A stretch of DNA of 64,000 nucleotides from Chloropicon primus (Eukaryota). Location: contig CP060757.1 in the NCBI GenBank assembly GCA_023205875.1, positions 682,001 through 746,000 on the forward strand, written 5' to 3'. Within the stretch, counting starts at the first letter, position 1. Each line of letters begins with the position of its first letter. The position numbers were made by a program, and so were the translations under genes. The notes under the pieces were generated by a model. It had not been told where the DNA came from. It saw only the letters and a list, made by a program, of their open reading frames with translations, and searched no databases. Of this stretch, positions 1 to 12,200 are shown in pieces.

Positions 1-3000
1 CAGAAGCAGGTTGTTGGCGTTGAAATCGAACAAGTCCAGGACCTCGTCCCCAGTCACGTTCACTCTCAGTCTGCTGTCGGCGTAGGAGTTGAAGTAGTAT
101 CCCTTGGCGCCGTGAAACTCGTTGATGAGCAACGCCTCGAACGCGAAATTCATGTAGGAGAAGTCCGTTCCAGCTTTGGCGAACCCCCCCATCGTGTGCC
201 TGCTCAAGATGAACCCGCTGTACATGATGCTCACCAGAACTGCCAGCGACGCAAAAGCGTTGGCAACTTTGGTGTCCGGGAAGCAGGCCCCGATGCACAT
301 GGACATGGAGACGGAAGCCGCGTTGGCCAAGATCAAAATGACGAGGAAAGTCGGAAAGTGGAGGATCGCATCAGTTGTCGAGGACAGCCCAATCATGAAG
401 TAGCTCAGGGAGAACATGCACGTGGGAATGATCCTCATCGGCAGGATGTCAAACAGAACCATGGAGGTGAAGTACGCGAATGTGCTGTACGCGCCGCTGG
501 CCCTCTCCCTCAGGAAGAGCAGCCTGTTCTCGTTCCACACGGGAACAGAGCTCAAGCTAGCGAGACCCAAGTACAGCACGATGAAAAACATCGAGCCCAT
601 CCGATTTTGGATGCCCCCGAAGTCCACGCTTGTCTTGAAGAAGACTAGGCCGAGCATCAGGGCTACGAGGCAAGTTGAAACGAAATTCAAGTAGACCAGG
701 AACGGCTGCCTCATGGTGTTCTTCAGCAGGCGCTTGGACAACTCCTTCACCTGCTTGCCGTACCCCACGGTGGACTTTTCCGCCTTTGCAACTCGCGTGC
801 TCGAGCTGTTCACGTAAATAGTGTTCAGCAACCTGTTCTCCTCTTCTACCGCGGCGCTGTTTTGGTACGCGGTGATAATGGTTTGTAAGGCGTAGTCCCC
901 AGATTTGATGATAACGTCCAGTATGTAGTCCGCAGTGTTCTCTTTTTCCTTCTTGGCAGGAAGGCCAGGAATTCCACCGAGGAAGCCCAAGAGCATCCTA
1001 GCGGGCCCTGAGTACATCATCTCTCCGTCGGATGACAAGACCAGCACCCTCTCCATCAAACGGAAGATGTCGGACCTCGGCTGCTGAATGCTGAGAATCA
1101 CGTTGATCCCCTTCTCAGCCAGAGACGCGAGGGCCTCAACCATCGTGGCGGCGTTCGTGCTGTCCAAACCCGTCGTGGGCTCGTCCAGAAATAGAATGCT
1201 GGGCCTGTGCAGCAACTCGCTCGCAACGCTCACACGCTTCTTCTCCCCCCCCGAGATCCCACGGGTGTACTCGTCGCCAATGAAGCTGTCCACCACCTTC
1301 ATCAGCCCGAGCTGCAGCACGATGTCCCTCACCCTCACCTTCGTCTCCGTTGGAGTGGTGGTCGGGGGGAGCCTGAGGTTTGCGTGAAACAGGAGGTACT
1401 CCCACACCGTGGACGTTCCGGGAAGGATGTCGCTCTGAGGGGCATACCCCGCAATTTGAGTCATGGTTGCAGGCGTCACGGGCTTTCCATTGACGCGAAT
1501 GTCTCCGGTGACGCTCCCGGTCGTGTTCCTGCCCGCGAGGATGTCCAGCAGCGTGGTCTTCCCCGCACCAGAGGGACCGAGAATGGCAAACAGGCCACTC
1601 GTGTCGTTCCTGGCACACCGGGTTCCCAATCCCGACACCCCGGAAACGTTGTCGAGGATGCTGAGACGAACGGTGCCCCTGAGGGAGGAGGTCTTCGCAA
1701 TTGTCTTCGAGATCTTGAGCCAGGTAAGGCAAAGTTGGTCCTCGAAATCATCCTCAGAGCTGCGCTCGCTGATCAGTGGCGAGCCCATATCACTTGCAGC
1801 CTCGCTACTCACTTGACTGATGTTTCTCTTGTGCATGAAATGAAAGGGGAAGAAAGCATCCGAGTTGCCCTCATTCCTGCCATTCCCCACCTCGCTGCTG
1901 GTCTCAGAGAACGAGAGCAAGGTTTGACCGTAGGAATGCTTCCGCATCGCTTGCCTGCAGGACTTCGTCGCCAGGTAGTACGTTCTGCGCATTCCTTTGA
2001 AGATGTTCTTGCCACTCCACCTCAGGAAGAGGAACCCGAGTATTCCATGGAGTATCGACAAGAGCAGCAAGCTCATGATGTCACTGTTCTTGCCTTCGAC
2101 ATTGAATTGAAATTGCTTCAGGACGCCATCGCCGTTCACCGTGAGTGGCGGCAGAGTGTCTATGGGCACTTTGAGGGTGAACGTTGTCCGGGAATCGTGG
2201 AACTCGTTCACGACAAGTGCTTCGTAAGCGTACTGCAGGAAGGACAAGTTCGCAATCCATCTGCACCCTGCGGGCAAATCACCTCGGTTCATCAGAAAGC
2301 TCCCGAAGAGGCTCAGAATCAGAATCGCAAGGCTTCCGATGTAGTTCGCCACCCTGTTGGAAGGCGAAGCTGCACCGATCGCCATGCTCATCAGTGCGGA
2401 AGCCACGTTGGAGAGGACGAGAATCACCAGAAAGTACGCCAGGCAAAATGTGCAGTCCTTGTGCAAGCCAACCATCCAGTACGTGAAGAAGCCAAAGAAG
2501 CAGGGAGGGAAAACCCTCATCGGCAGGATGTCGAACAGCATCACCGCGGTGTAGTACGCCGGTGTCCCGTAAACCAGGGATGCTCTCTCCCTCACGAACA
2601 GCACGTGCTGATCCCTCCAGATGGGGATGGAGCTCAAGCTCATCAAGGCGAGGTACATGAGAACGAAGAAAAGGCAACCCATTCGGTTTTGGATTCCAGA
2701 CGTATCCGTGCCCACATGCCAGTAGCTCACTCCGATCATGATGGAGAACAGCATCGTGCAGATCAGATTGAGGAAGACGAGAAAGGGGTGCCTGTACATG
2801 TTCCTGAGGAGCCGAATGGAAAGAGCTTTTAGCTGAGTCCCGAAGCTCGATTTGTGCTTTGCGTTCACCTCCAGCTCACCCCCCTCGTCCAGACTATCTC
2901 TTCTCTTCCAGTAGAACGGACGCTTGTCCCTGAAGTCGTTCACAAGGCTCGAGACAATATTGTCGCCCGATTTGATGACCAGGTCCAACATGAAGTCAGC

Positions 3001-5151
3001 CAACGTCAAATCATCGGGAACTCTAGGCACGTAAGGCAAGCTCTTCAGGAATACTTCCAAAGTCCTCGTCTGGCCGGAGTAAACCATCTCGCCGTGGCAC
3101 GACAAGACCAAGACTCTGTCCATCAAACGGAAGATGTCGGACCTCGGCTGGTGAATGCTCAGCACCACAATCATGCCTTGGGCCCCCAGAGACGCGAGGG
3201 CCTCAACCATCGTGGCGGCGTTCGTGCTGTCCAAACCCGTCGTGGGCTCGTCCAGAAATAGAATGCTGGGCCTGTGCAGCAACTCGCTCGCAACGCTCAC
3301 ACGCTTCTTCTCCCCCCCCGAGATCCCACGGGTGTACTCGTCGCCAATGAAGCTGTCCACCACCTTCATCAGCCCGAGCTGCAGCACGATGTCCCTCACC
3401 CTCACCTTCGTCTCCGTTGGAGTGGTGGTCGGGGGGAGCCTGAGGTTTGCGTGAAACAGGAGGTACTCCCACACCGTGGACGTTCCGGGAAGGATGTCGC
3501 TCTGAGGGGCATACCCCGCAATTTGAGTCATGGTTGCAGGCGTCACGGGCTTTCCATTGACGCGAATGTCTCCGGTGACGCTCCCGGTCGTGTTCCTGCC
3601 CGCGAGGATGTCCAGCAGCGTGGTCTTCCCCGCACCAGAGGGACCGAGAATGGCAAAGACGTTTGTCACCATGCCCTCCGAGCTTGAATCTGGCTTGGCT
3701 GCACAAACGAAGCCAGAGACGTTCCTCAAAATTCGTTTCTCGAGGTGCTGCATCGGCACGCAGTAGCTCTCTACCTTCCATTCGAGATAGAATTCTTGCC
3801 CCCCGCCATCGGCGAAAACGTCCCGGAACTCTAGCGGGACCCGCCGCTCGGCACCTGGCAGCATCACAAAACCTTCCTCGAGCTGCCACTTTTGCGTTTC
3901 TTTGAAGACGAAGAACCCCGCAGAAAAGATGAAGACCCCCAGCACGAGAGCAAAAAGCACGTTCGTGGCGATGAGCGCAGGCACGTGATACGACCCACCG
4001 TGTGGGCCCGGTTTGGGGTCAGGAGTCGGCGATGTGCTGTTGTAGACGCAGTTTCCGGTCTGGCACTTGATTGCTATGCCTTGCCCAAACAAAGATTTTG
4101 CTTGGTAGAAGTAGCACCTGGACTCCCCAAGCGTCCCATTTCCCCCTCCGCCCCTCTCGCAATACAACGTTCCGCTGCTGTTCACCGGTATCGACATCGG
4201 GATGCAGTGAAACTGCCAGTAGTTGGTGTGGTTCGGATCGTTCGGGACGGGTCCACAATCGCCCACGGGATCCCATCCCGGGCACTTTGGCACGCCGGGA
4301 GGGGGGCACCTCACAAGGGCACCGCCGCACTGGATTAAATCGCACTCTGGCGCCTTCAGCGGTCCGTAACAAGGCCCGACGGAGTGCTTGCAGCTGGTCA
4401 GTGTCGCATTCCAGACCACAGGGAAGGCGTACTTGTACCGCGGCTTCCCAGGCACAGGATCAGGGGACCCCGCAAATTCTGTGATCTGCATCTCGAACTC
4501 CGGAAGGTCCGCGGCGGAAGCCAGTCCAAGGCTGTCTCGCTCGAAAAGGTTGCCGTCGTTTCCAGCCTTCTTCATGCTGATCATCGCGAAGGTGTTCGGC
4601 TGCATCTTGCAGTACTGCTCGGACTGAGGGTCGCCGCCGCACGAGCATGACAGGATTTTCCCTCTGTTTCCAGGGGGTGGGCACGAACGAGCACCCGTGT
4701 CAGTCACCACTGCGCGCGCACAAACAAGGCCTACTCTCGCGGCCACTTACCTTGGTTGCTCCAGCTCTTCCACGGTGGGCTCGACGTTCCCTCCGAACGT
4801 GCAGCCGGTGGCCTCTTTGCCACCGGGGCCCACAGGGCAGTGATCCTTGCTCCTGCAGAGAGAGCAGTCGATTCCAGTCCACTTCTCCTCGTCGGGGCAC
4901 TCGCACCGGGAGCAGCTCAATCGCGACGTGTTCCGGGCGCTGTACAGGTGCCCCCCGTTTAGGCACTCGAGCATGCCTATTTCCTTCATCTTCTCGCATG
5001 TCTGCTCCCCGTTCCCGTCCGCGGCGTCGGCCAGACCCCCGCAGGCGGCGAGCGCGCACAGAGCGACCGCAAGACACAGTCCCACGCCGCCGCTTAACGT
5101 CGCTCGAAGGCGCTCCGAGTCAGGTCTGAAGCGCGTTTTGGTTTTGCTCAT
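1..5151 (-). CDS. Full-size ABCG transporter with N-terminal signal peptide and Cys-rich/EGF-like ectodomain (ADP1-like); 3' end lies beyond the window
   Basis: ATG 5151; GT-AG intron 4750-4664; then a frame that appears open to base 1 (absent from the ORF track because no stop falls in the window). EGF-like CLNGG..C.C, one TM, then NBD1-TMD1-linker-NBD2-TMD2. Both NBDs have GPSGAGKTT, ISGGEKKRVS, LFLDEPTTGLD and SIHQPR. I translated the TMD1-NBD2 linker and found no stop. Confidence 0.9.
1119..1590. repeat. Direct repeat copy A (NBD2 core), identical to 3186-3657
   Basis: Base-by-base reading shows no mismatch; offset 2067 nt = 689 codons. Confidence 0.92.
3186..3657. repeat. Direct repeat copy B (NBD1 core), identical to 1119-1590
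   Basis: Same comparison as copy A; the ORF track shows identical shadow peptides at both sites. Confidence 0.92.
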
Positions 5152-5652
5152 GATGAACAATGGTTAGTCAACGCGAGGGTCACGTGCTCTCCCAACCACG
5201 ACCCCTTCCCCCTCGCTTCGACAGCGTGGACCGACCGTCTCTTGTCGCCAGAAGACGACGCTTCCCTCTGTCGCTCTTCCTCCTGCTGTTCCAACGCGTT
5301 CTCTCTCTCTCTGTCACCTCGTTCGATCGATCTGCCGTCCGTTTCGTTTTCCTAATCCTCCTCCTCAGGGCGTCGCCGTTTCGTTCGAAAGACGAGGGGC
5401 TCTTTCGAAAGACGAGGAAATCTCCTCCGTTCTATCTGCTGCCGTTCCTCCTGTCCCAACGTCCGTCCTCGTCGCCTTCCCTTCTTCGCTCCCTTCTCTC
5501 TCGTCTCGTCCCTCCTCGTTTTTTCGCCCTCGTGCTCGGCCGTTATGATGGTTCAGCGGAAGGGAGAAATCCACCAGAAGAGGAGAAAAAACAGAGGAGA
5601 AAGGAGGAGGAATCAGAAGCGAAGGTCGATGACAGGAAGAGATTGTTCTTGG

Positions 5653-6245
5653 TTAAGAATTAGCGTTGATCCATTCGATGACGTGCTGGTGATTGCGGTG
5701 CTTCGCCCATATTATGCAACTGTTTGGGTACCAAGGGCAAGGCGGATCCTGGCTTCGAAGCCACTGCAGAACATCAAGGTGAATTCCTTTAGCTGCCCCA
5801 AAACAAGTCCACTTGTCCCAAGAACATGGTGGATCCTGACTTCGAGCCCACTGCAGAACATCAAGGTGACCTCCTCGAGCTGCCCCAAAACAAGTCCACT
5901 TGTCCCAAGGACATGGCGGATCCTGACTTCGAGCCCACTGCAGAACATCAAGGTGACCTCCTCGAGCTGCCCCTTCACAAGTATACTTGTATACTACTGG
6001 AGTTGATACCACTCCATGAGGATAATCGCGCTCGATATTCAAAGGGATCCCTTGGCTCCTCAACCACTCCATCACCTTCTTGCTGCCCTGGAAAGCGGCG
6101 AGTGGTTGACACCCACCTCGAGGAACGTCTTGCAGGTCAACCCGAAAGCGACCCGGTCGCAGTCGTCCAGCTTCTCCAAGACCAAGAGCCACGCCCACTC
6201 TGGCAGCACGTCCAACGCATGCTTGGCTCCCCTCCTCACCACCAT
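5653..6245 (-). pseudogene. F-box-like plus ankyrin-like repeat protein, split over two frames (internal deletion/frameshift, or a 29-nt intron)
   Basis: F-box-like LDVLPEWAWLLVLEKLDDCDRVAFGLTCKTF from ATG 6245 stops at 6072. The repeats AARGGHLDVLQWARSQDPPCPWD are in another frame (ORF 5653-6198). Confidence 0.6.
5730..5973 (-). repeat. About three 87-bp tandem units encoding 29-aa ankyrin-like repeats
   Basis: tcga.cccactgcagaacatcaaggtga recurs at 5755, 5842 and 5929. Confidence 0.85.
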
Positions 6246-6328
6246 CTTCACCTCCTCGAGAGCGTTACTCTCTCTCCCTCGTTGGAATGGAGATGCCTCT
6301 GCTCCTTTCCCCCCACCAGGTTGATGGG

Positions 6329-6967
6329 ATGGCCGCGAAGAGGTTGCTGTGGAGGGGGAGAGAGGGAAGCGCAAGGGGAGGGCTTGCGGGCGGGAGCGGG
6401 AGGAGAGCCAGGGACGCGTGGTGTCGCAGGGACTACCGTGGAGAGGGACTCAAGTTGGGAGGAGGGCGAGTGGCTGCGGGAGGGTCTACGATGTCTGACG
6501 CGACGCGGGAGCTCGAGGCCTTGGACATCGACAAGGAGAACTTCGCGCCCTTCGGCCAGGTGATTAGCCCCACGGGCGACGGCAAGCACTTCGATGAGAC
6601 GGATGCGCAGCTTGTGCTGGACAAGGGGATCCCGCGGTTCTACATCATGCGCCTCGAGAGGCGCGGGATGGCCTTTGGCAGGATTGTGCACCACGCCAAG
6701 GTGACGCAGTGCTTGGGGAGCACGCAGGGTCAGCCGTGGTACATGGCGGTTGCGAAGAGCGACGTGGAGACGCCGAGTGAGGAGAACATGCAAGCCTTCA
6801 GGATCCCTCCAGGGGTTTACATCAAGCTGCATTGCGGGACTTGGCACGCCGGCCCCTTATTCGACACGCCGGACCAGTTGGATTTTGCGAATTTGGAGCT
6901 GTCTGACACCAACGAGGTGGACTTCAACTGCTTCGACTTCGAGGAGGAGTACTCCATCAAGGCCTGA
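6329..6967 (+). CDS. Ureidoglycolate lyase/hydrolase-like cupin protein, possibly with a transit peptide (alternative start 6491)
   Basis: ENFAPFGQVI, HHAKVTQCLG, KLHCGTWHAGPLF and NLELSDTNEVD motifs. Confidence 0.8.
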   Translation: MAAKRLLWRGREGSARGGLAGGSGRRARDAWCRRDYRGEGLKLGGGRVAAGGSTMSDATRELEALDIDKENFAPFGQVISPTGDGKHFDETDAQLVLDKGIPRFYIMRLERRGMAFGRIVHHAKVTQCLGSTQGQPWYMAVAKSDVETPSEENMQAFRIPPGVYIKLHCGTWHAGPLFDTPDQLDFANLELSDTNEVDFNCFDFEEEYSIKA

Positions 6968-7146
6968 TGAGGAGCGGGGGGAAGTGATGTGTTGCAGGGA
7001 GTCCGCCCCGTGGAGTTGAGCGAGCTTCTCGAGCTGGACGGTGGCAATATTGTGTGAGCTTGCATGAAAGACCCTTTTGGCCCTTGTCTTCTTTTTGTTT
7101 GGGTTTAATGTGTTCTCTTCTTGCGGCCCGGCTTCGTCGCGGCCCT

Positions 7147-7891
7147 CTATTTCTTCTTCGCGGCAACCATGAGTTTCTGCATGTCCTGCTCCGTCTGCAG
7201 CCTCTTCATTCTTTCAAAGTGGAGCTGCTGTTCCAAGTCCTCGAGCCTCTGGATGACCTCCTCCGTCGCCGTTCCTGCTAAGCTGTGGTGTGGTGTGGTG
7301 GGGTACGAGACGTTGCTGCAGGTCTCGACGTCGTCGCCAACCATGCCGACCCCTCCCTGGGTTGCCGCGAGAGACGCAAACACAGGACACACGCTGGTCA
7401 GAAAACTTCTCTTCTCTTCTCCCCTCGAAACCGAAACTCCTCCCACTTACCGGTATCGTTATCTCCTTGATAGGAGGCCTATCCCCGCTCGCGATTGTGC
7501 TCGCTCTGCTGACGCCGCTGACGCCGCTCACAGCGCTAGGTGGCGCAGGCGGTGCCTTTCTCCGCAAGCTCGCCCTGCTGCTTCTGCTCAGCCTGCTCCC
7601 CGCTTCGCTCGGAGCGCGGCTGGACGCCTGTGAAGAAGGCGCTTTTTCGCCCCTCTTTTTGTCTCGAGCCGTGCGTACGAAGGCCGCGGAGCCCCGAAGG
7701 CTGCTCTTGTGCCTGTGAGGTGCGTACGTCCTCACCATGGACACTCCCAAAGGTCCCTGAATCACCACCGGGTTGTTCTCGTTCAACGCTTTCTCGCTTC
7801 CGGACAATATTCCAGCCTCTTCCTTTTCCACGCGCTCCTTCCAGAATTGGTTGAACGCCACGGAGGACATGTTCCGCGCACCGAACCCCAT
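7147..7891 (-). CDS. Hypothetical Ser-rich protein with C-terminal coiled coil (2 exons)
   Basis: Exons 7891-7451 and 7356-7147; the phase-0 intron GTAAGT..CTGAC..CAG joins two ORF-track fragments. Confidence 0.65.
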
Positions 7892-7998
7892 CTTTCCTCC
7901 TCTTCCTCTCTCTCTCTCTCTCTCTCGGCCAAGGCGCCCCTTTCTTGAAAGGTTTTCTTGGAAGGTTGCCACGGGTTGATTGGTTGTGGATCGTTGCG

Positions 7999-9195
7999 AT
8001 GTTGGCGCGTTCTGTGGCAAGGAGCGGGGTCGTAGGATGCGGGGCGAAGGGGGTGCTCTGTCGGGGGGAAGCCCCGTCGTCCTCGCTCTGCACGTACGCT
8101 CCTTCGGGCTTGAGAGATATGGGCGTGAAGAACAGTTTCGAAGAAGCGGTGGGGAACACGCCGCTGATACGCCTCAAAGGCGTCAGCGAGCTCACAGGTT
8201 GCACCATCTATGGCAAGGCAGAGTATACGAACCCTGGTGGGTCTGTCAAGGATCGCCCTGCTCTTTGGATAGTGAAGGATGCCGCGGCGAGGGGTCTGCT
8301 GAAGCCCGGGGGTTACGTCGTCGAAGGCACGGCGGGGAACACGGGCATCGGCCTCGCACTCGCGGGGAACGCCCTAGGATACAAAACCGTCATAGTGATT
8401 CCGGAGACGCAGAGCCAGGAGAAGAAAGACATGCTCCGCATCTGTGGAGCCCAGCTGGTTGAAGTGCCGGCCGTTCCGTACAAGAATCGAAACAACTACG
8501 TTCATTACAGCAATCGTCTTGCGCTGGAGCTGGCGAGAACGCACCCCGAGGGTGCAATTTGGGGGAACCAGTTCGACAATGTCGTGAACAGAGTGAGCCA
8601 CTACGAGACGACAGGGCCTGAAATATTTCACCAGACGGAAGGTCAAGTCGATGGCTTCGTCTGCGCGGTCGGGACGGGGGGGACCTTGGCAGGCGTCGGC
8701 AAGTACCTCAAGGAGCAGAACCCTGACATAAAGATAGCTCTCGCGGACCCGGACGGTGCTGCGCTTTTCAGCTACTTTGACAAGGGCGTGCTCGAGAGTC
8801 AAGGCGATTCTATCACGGAGGGAATAGGGCAAGGGAGGATCACCGAGAATTTGCGGGGCTGGGGCACACCCAAGCGACTGGGCGGCTGCGTGGATTTCTG
8901 GTACCAGGTGTCAGACTTCGAGGCCCTCCCCTTCCTCTACAAGCTCCTTCAGGAAGAAGGGCTCTGCCTCGGAACGTCGAGTGCGATCAATATCTGCGGC
9001 GCAGTCAAGCTGGCGCGCTCACTTGGACCAGGGCACACGATCGTGACCATACTTTGTGACCTTGGGACGCGTTACCAGTCAAAGCTTTTCAATCCAAAAT
9101 TCCTCAAGGAGAAGAACTTGCCGCTTCCTTCCTGGATGGACACTCCATCGGGCGATCGGATTCCTTCAGTCTTTGTGGAGGAAACGGAGCAGTAG
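7999..9195 (+). CDS. Cysteine synthase (O-acetylserine thiol-lyase family, PLP-dependent) with N-terminal presequence
   Basis: NPGGSVKDR (PLP lysine), EGTAGNTGIG, GTGGT, EGIG and TILCDLG. Confidence 0.92.
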   Translation: MLARSVARSGVVGCGAKGVLCRGEAPSSSLCTYAPSGLRDMGVKNSFEEAVGNTPLIRLKGVSELTGCTIYGKAEYTNPGGSVKDRPALWIVKDAAARGLLKPGGYVVEGTAGNTGIGLALAGNALGYKTVIVIPETQSQEKKDMLRICGAQLVEVPAVPYKNRNNYVHYSNRLALELARTHPEGAIWGNQFDNVVNRVSHYETTGPEIFHQTEGQVDGFVCAVGTGGTLAGVGKYLKEQNPDIKIALADPDGAALFSYFDKGVLESQGDSITEGIGQGRITENLRGWGTPKRLGGCVDFWYQVSDFEALPFLYKLLQEEGLCLGTSSAINICGAVKLARSLGPGHTIVTILCDLGTRYQSKLFNPKFLKEKNLPLPSWMDTPSGDRIPSVFVEETEQ

Positions 9196-9268
9196 GCGGG
9201 AAGGGTGTCATCATCTGTAGTTTTACGTGAATGTGAAAAAAATCCTAAATTATCTATCGCTCCTACCG

Positions 9269-12200
9269 CTACTGAGGTCTGCTCTGAACAATGTACAGTC
9301 CACCCTCGCTCAGAGCCCCCTCGATGTCTTGGGGGCACCCGAATTCATCCTCCAGCTGCATGCCAAGGTCGCACAGTTTCTCGCCCAACTCGATCAAAGA
9401 CTGTGGATTCTGGGTGAACGGGTCCTTGCTGTAATCCACGAGACCCTCTCCACCACCCTCGCTCCTAGAAAAATTGGCAAACGCCAGTATCTCCACCTGG
9501 CGCGTCTCTTTCTGTATCCTCAGCCGATAGGGCGTGCCCTGCGTCCCGGCCGCCAGAGTCTCTCCCTGGCCCGGAGCCAACTCTGCGTAGACGTAACCCT
9601 CCCTGCCCTCGTCCATAATTGGGTCTACCGTGTGCAAAACGAAAGCGTATTCGGAGGGCACCATCCTTTGAATCAGCACCGCCATGCAGGGCGTGGCTTG
9701 GGACGGGACACCGGCCTTGTGCCTGCTCAGCACGGCTCTCCTTGTGTAGAGGGATGCCCAAACTCTCTTTACGCCGTCTGCCACGCTTGGCGTATCGGAA
9801 GCATCGAGCCCCAAGATGGAATCATACAGCCCAGCACCGCTCATTCCCTTGAGGTCTTCCACATTTGCAGACGACCTGGCGATCAGCAAGTCAGTGGGGT
9901 TGAAATGGGTGCAGATGCTCTGCTCCACGAACTCTGTGGGGACCTCAAGGTTCTCGATCACCCCTCGGAGTTCCTGACATGTTTTGTCGAGTTCTTCGCC
10001 GCTGGAGTTCGAGTCAAGGAGGCGGTCAAGCCTGCTCAAGCCGTCCTTCCACCTGCTCATTTCGTCTCCTCCCTGCATACCGAGCACGAGCTCCATGCTG
10101 CCAAACGGCAAGCAGACACCCTTTGGAACGGTGTACGGAATACCAGTTTTGGAGGCATCCATGGACAGCTTCTGAAGCTCTCCGCATTGTGCGGCCTTGG
10201 CCCCACAAGTCTCCTTGGTGGACCCCTTCATGCCTACCGAGAGCAAGAATGACGCCTTCGTAATTTCCAGGCCCTTCTCTTCCTTTGCGCCAGCCGAGCC
10301 TGCTGCCGAGGGGGGAGCATTGTCCGTGGGATTAGCCCGCTCGACTCCCACGGCGGCTTCCGACTCCACCAAAGTGACCCTCTGTTGCGACGCCTCCAAA
10401 CACACGTACTTCCCACTCAGGCCACCCAAAAGCTTGTTGATCTCTTCCTCGCTTGTGCATGTCGCGAACACGACCCCCTCCTGTCTCGCCCGGATCGCGA
10501 GGTGACTCAGGTGAGGCAGTTCGTGCATGAGAACAACTCCCCTTACTCCATCCCCGCTCGCAGAAACTTCTTCATCGCCAGTGGCACGCCTCACGACCAA
10601 GATCTTGTTCTGGTGATGATCACTCCCGTCCTGTGCCATGGTGTGTTCCTCGATGGTATCGTAGCAGACAAGATTGCCAAAAGCTTTCCCGGCAACCAGC
10701 GTTTCCCATTCGTGGTTGTCACCTTTCAAGTAATCCCTGCTGACGCTTCTTGACAAAACCTGGCAAATTTTTGCGCACTGGAAGATCATGGAGGCCCTTG
10801 TCTCCGACTCCGCGAAGACGCTGACGGAATGGTCCGGGATCGCTTGCCCGAAGGCCTTCCCCAAGCGTGCGGCCTGGTCCGAGTATGCGCCAAGGTAGGA
10901 GTCCCTGTAAGTATCACAAACTCGCTTGGTCCTGTCCAAACAGGCCTTCAGCCTCAGCATGCACAATCGCACTTCCTGCTGGTCCGAGGACTCCCTCGTT
11001 AACAAGTCTGCGCACGCCAGAAGCTCGTTCGAGATTGCGCTGCACTCCGCTTGCAAGAAACCGTTTAACGAGAGATTGATCATGCATTTTTGGAGCACGA
11101 GAGCCAACAGCTTGACATCCTGCAAGCTGTTCTCGCGTCCTTCCCCCGAGAAGGCATTGAGCGCCCTCGAAGCCACCGTGAATCCATAGCTCTCTAGGGC
11201 TAGCTCACACAATCTGTATTTTTGTCTCGTCTCCATGGCCCTCTCCGGCGCATCGTTTCTCAACCCGCTCGAAAGGGCCCCGCACAGCAGTTGCCTCAAC
11301 CCGCTCGCCTTCTCCATCAAGCTCAGCAAGTCCTCCAGCGAAGACTCGGATTCCCCTTGAGAGCTGGCATCTTTGGCCTGCAAGAAAGCCAGAATCCGGC
11401 CCTTTTCCTCGTCGCCCATGCCTGCTTGCAATTCAAGAAGCTGCTCGTCCAAAGAGCTCGCGTTGAAGAACTCCCTCAGCTCCACTGTGAAGCGCTTGAA
11501 TTCCTCAACGAAGGCCTCCGGGTAGGCGCCTCCTTCCCCGGTCACTCTCTCCAGCATCTGCTCCGTCGCAACCAAGTCTTCTGGACCAGCGTTCCTGTGC
11601 AGCTTGTTCTGGATGGTGTGCTTGATCTCCCTCTTCAGGTCTTGAGGGATGTCGTTCCTGTGAGCAATGTCCCTGATCCTGGTGAGGGGAGTGCTGGCTC
11701 TGAATTCAGATGAGAAGCTAGGGAGAAGGGGGTACAGCCTCCTGATCAGAACGCTTGCGAAGTTGCCATTGTCGTCTCTCGAAGACTCCTCGAGCCCCCA
11801 CTCAAGCGACCTAAACATTCTCATACTAGACTCTGCGTGCCTGCACGGCCTGTGGTGGCCTCCCCCCTCCGAGCACGCGATGGAGCCGCAGTTGATCCAG
11901 TTCAAGTAGATGGAGCATGCGCTCACAACACTTGGAAGAAGCTCCTTGTGCTCCGCGTTGCCGCGACACAGGATTCTCTCCACCACCTCTAGCTTCTCCC
12001 TCCAGCTGGGCGAATTTTGGTCCCCTTGCACAATCTCTGCCTCACAAGAGCCCTCGGCCAGCATGCTGGTGTCCCAAGAGAGACCTTGCCTGTCGTGGCT
12101 GTGGTCATTGCTCTGCATGAAGACTATTTCTCGACCCTGCCAAGAATCGCTTTGAGATGGTCCACCCGACAGCTGAGACTCCAAAGAGTCGTACGCGTCA

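Noticed and set aside
112..4962. Many + strand ORFs, including 541 aa at 1207-2832
   Set aside because: Antisense shadows of the ABCG gene.
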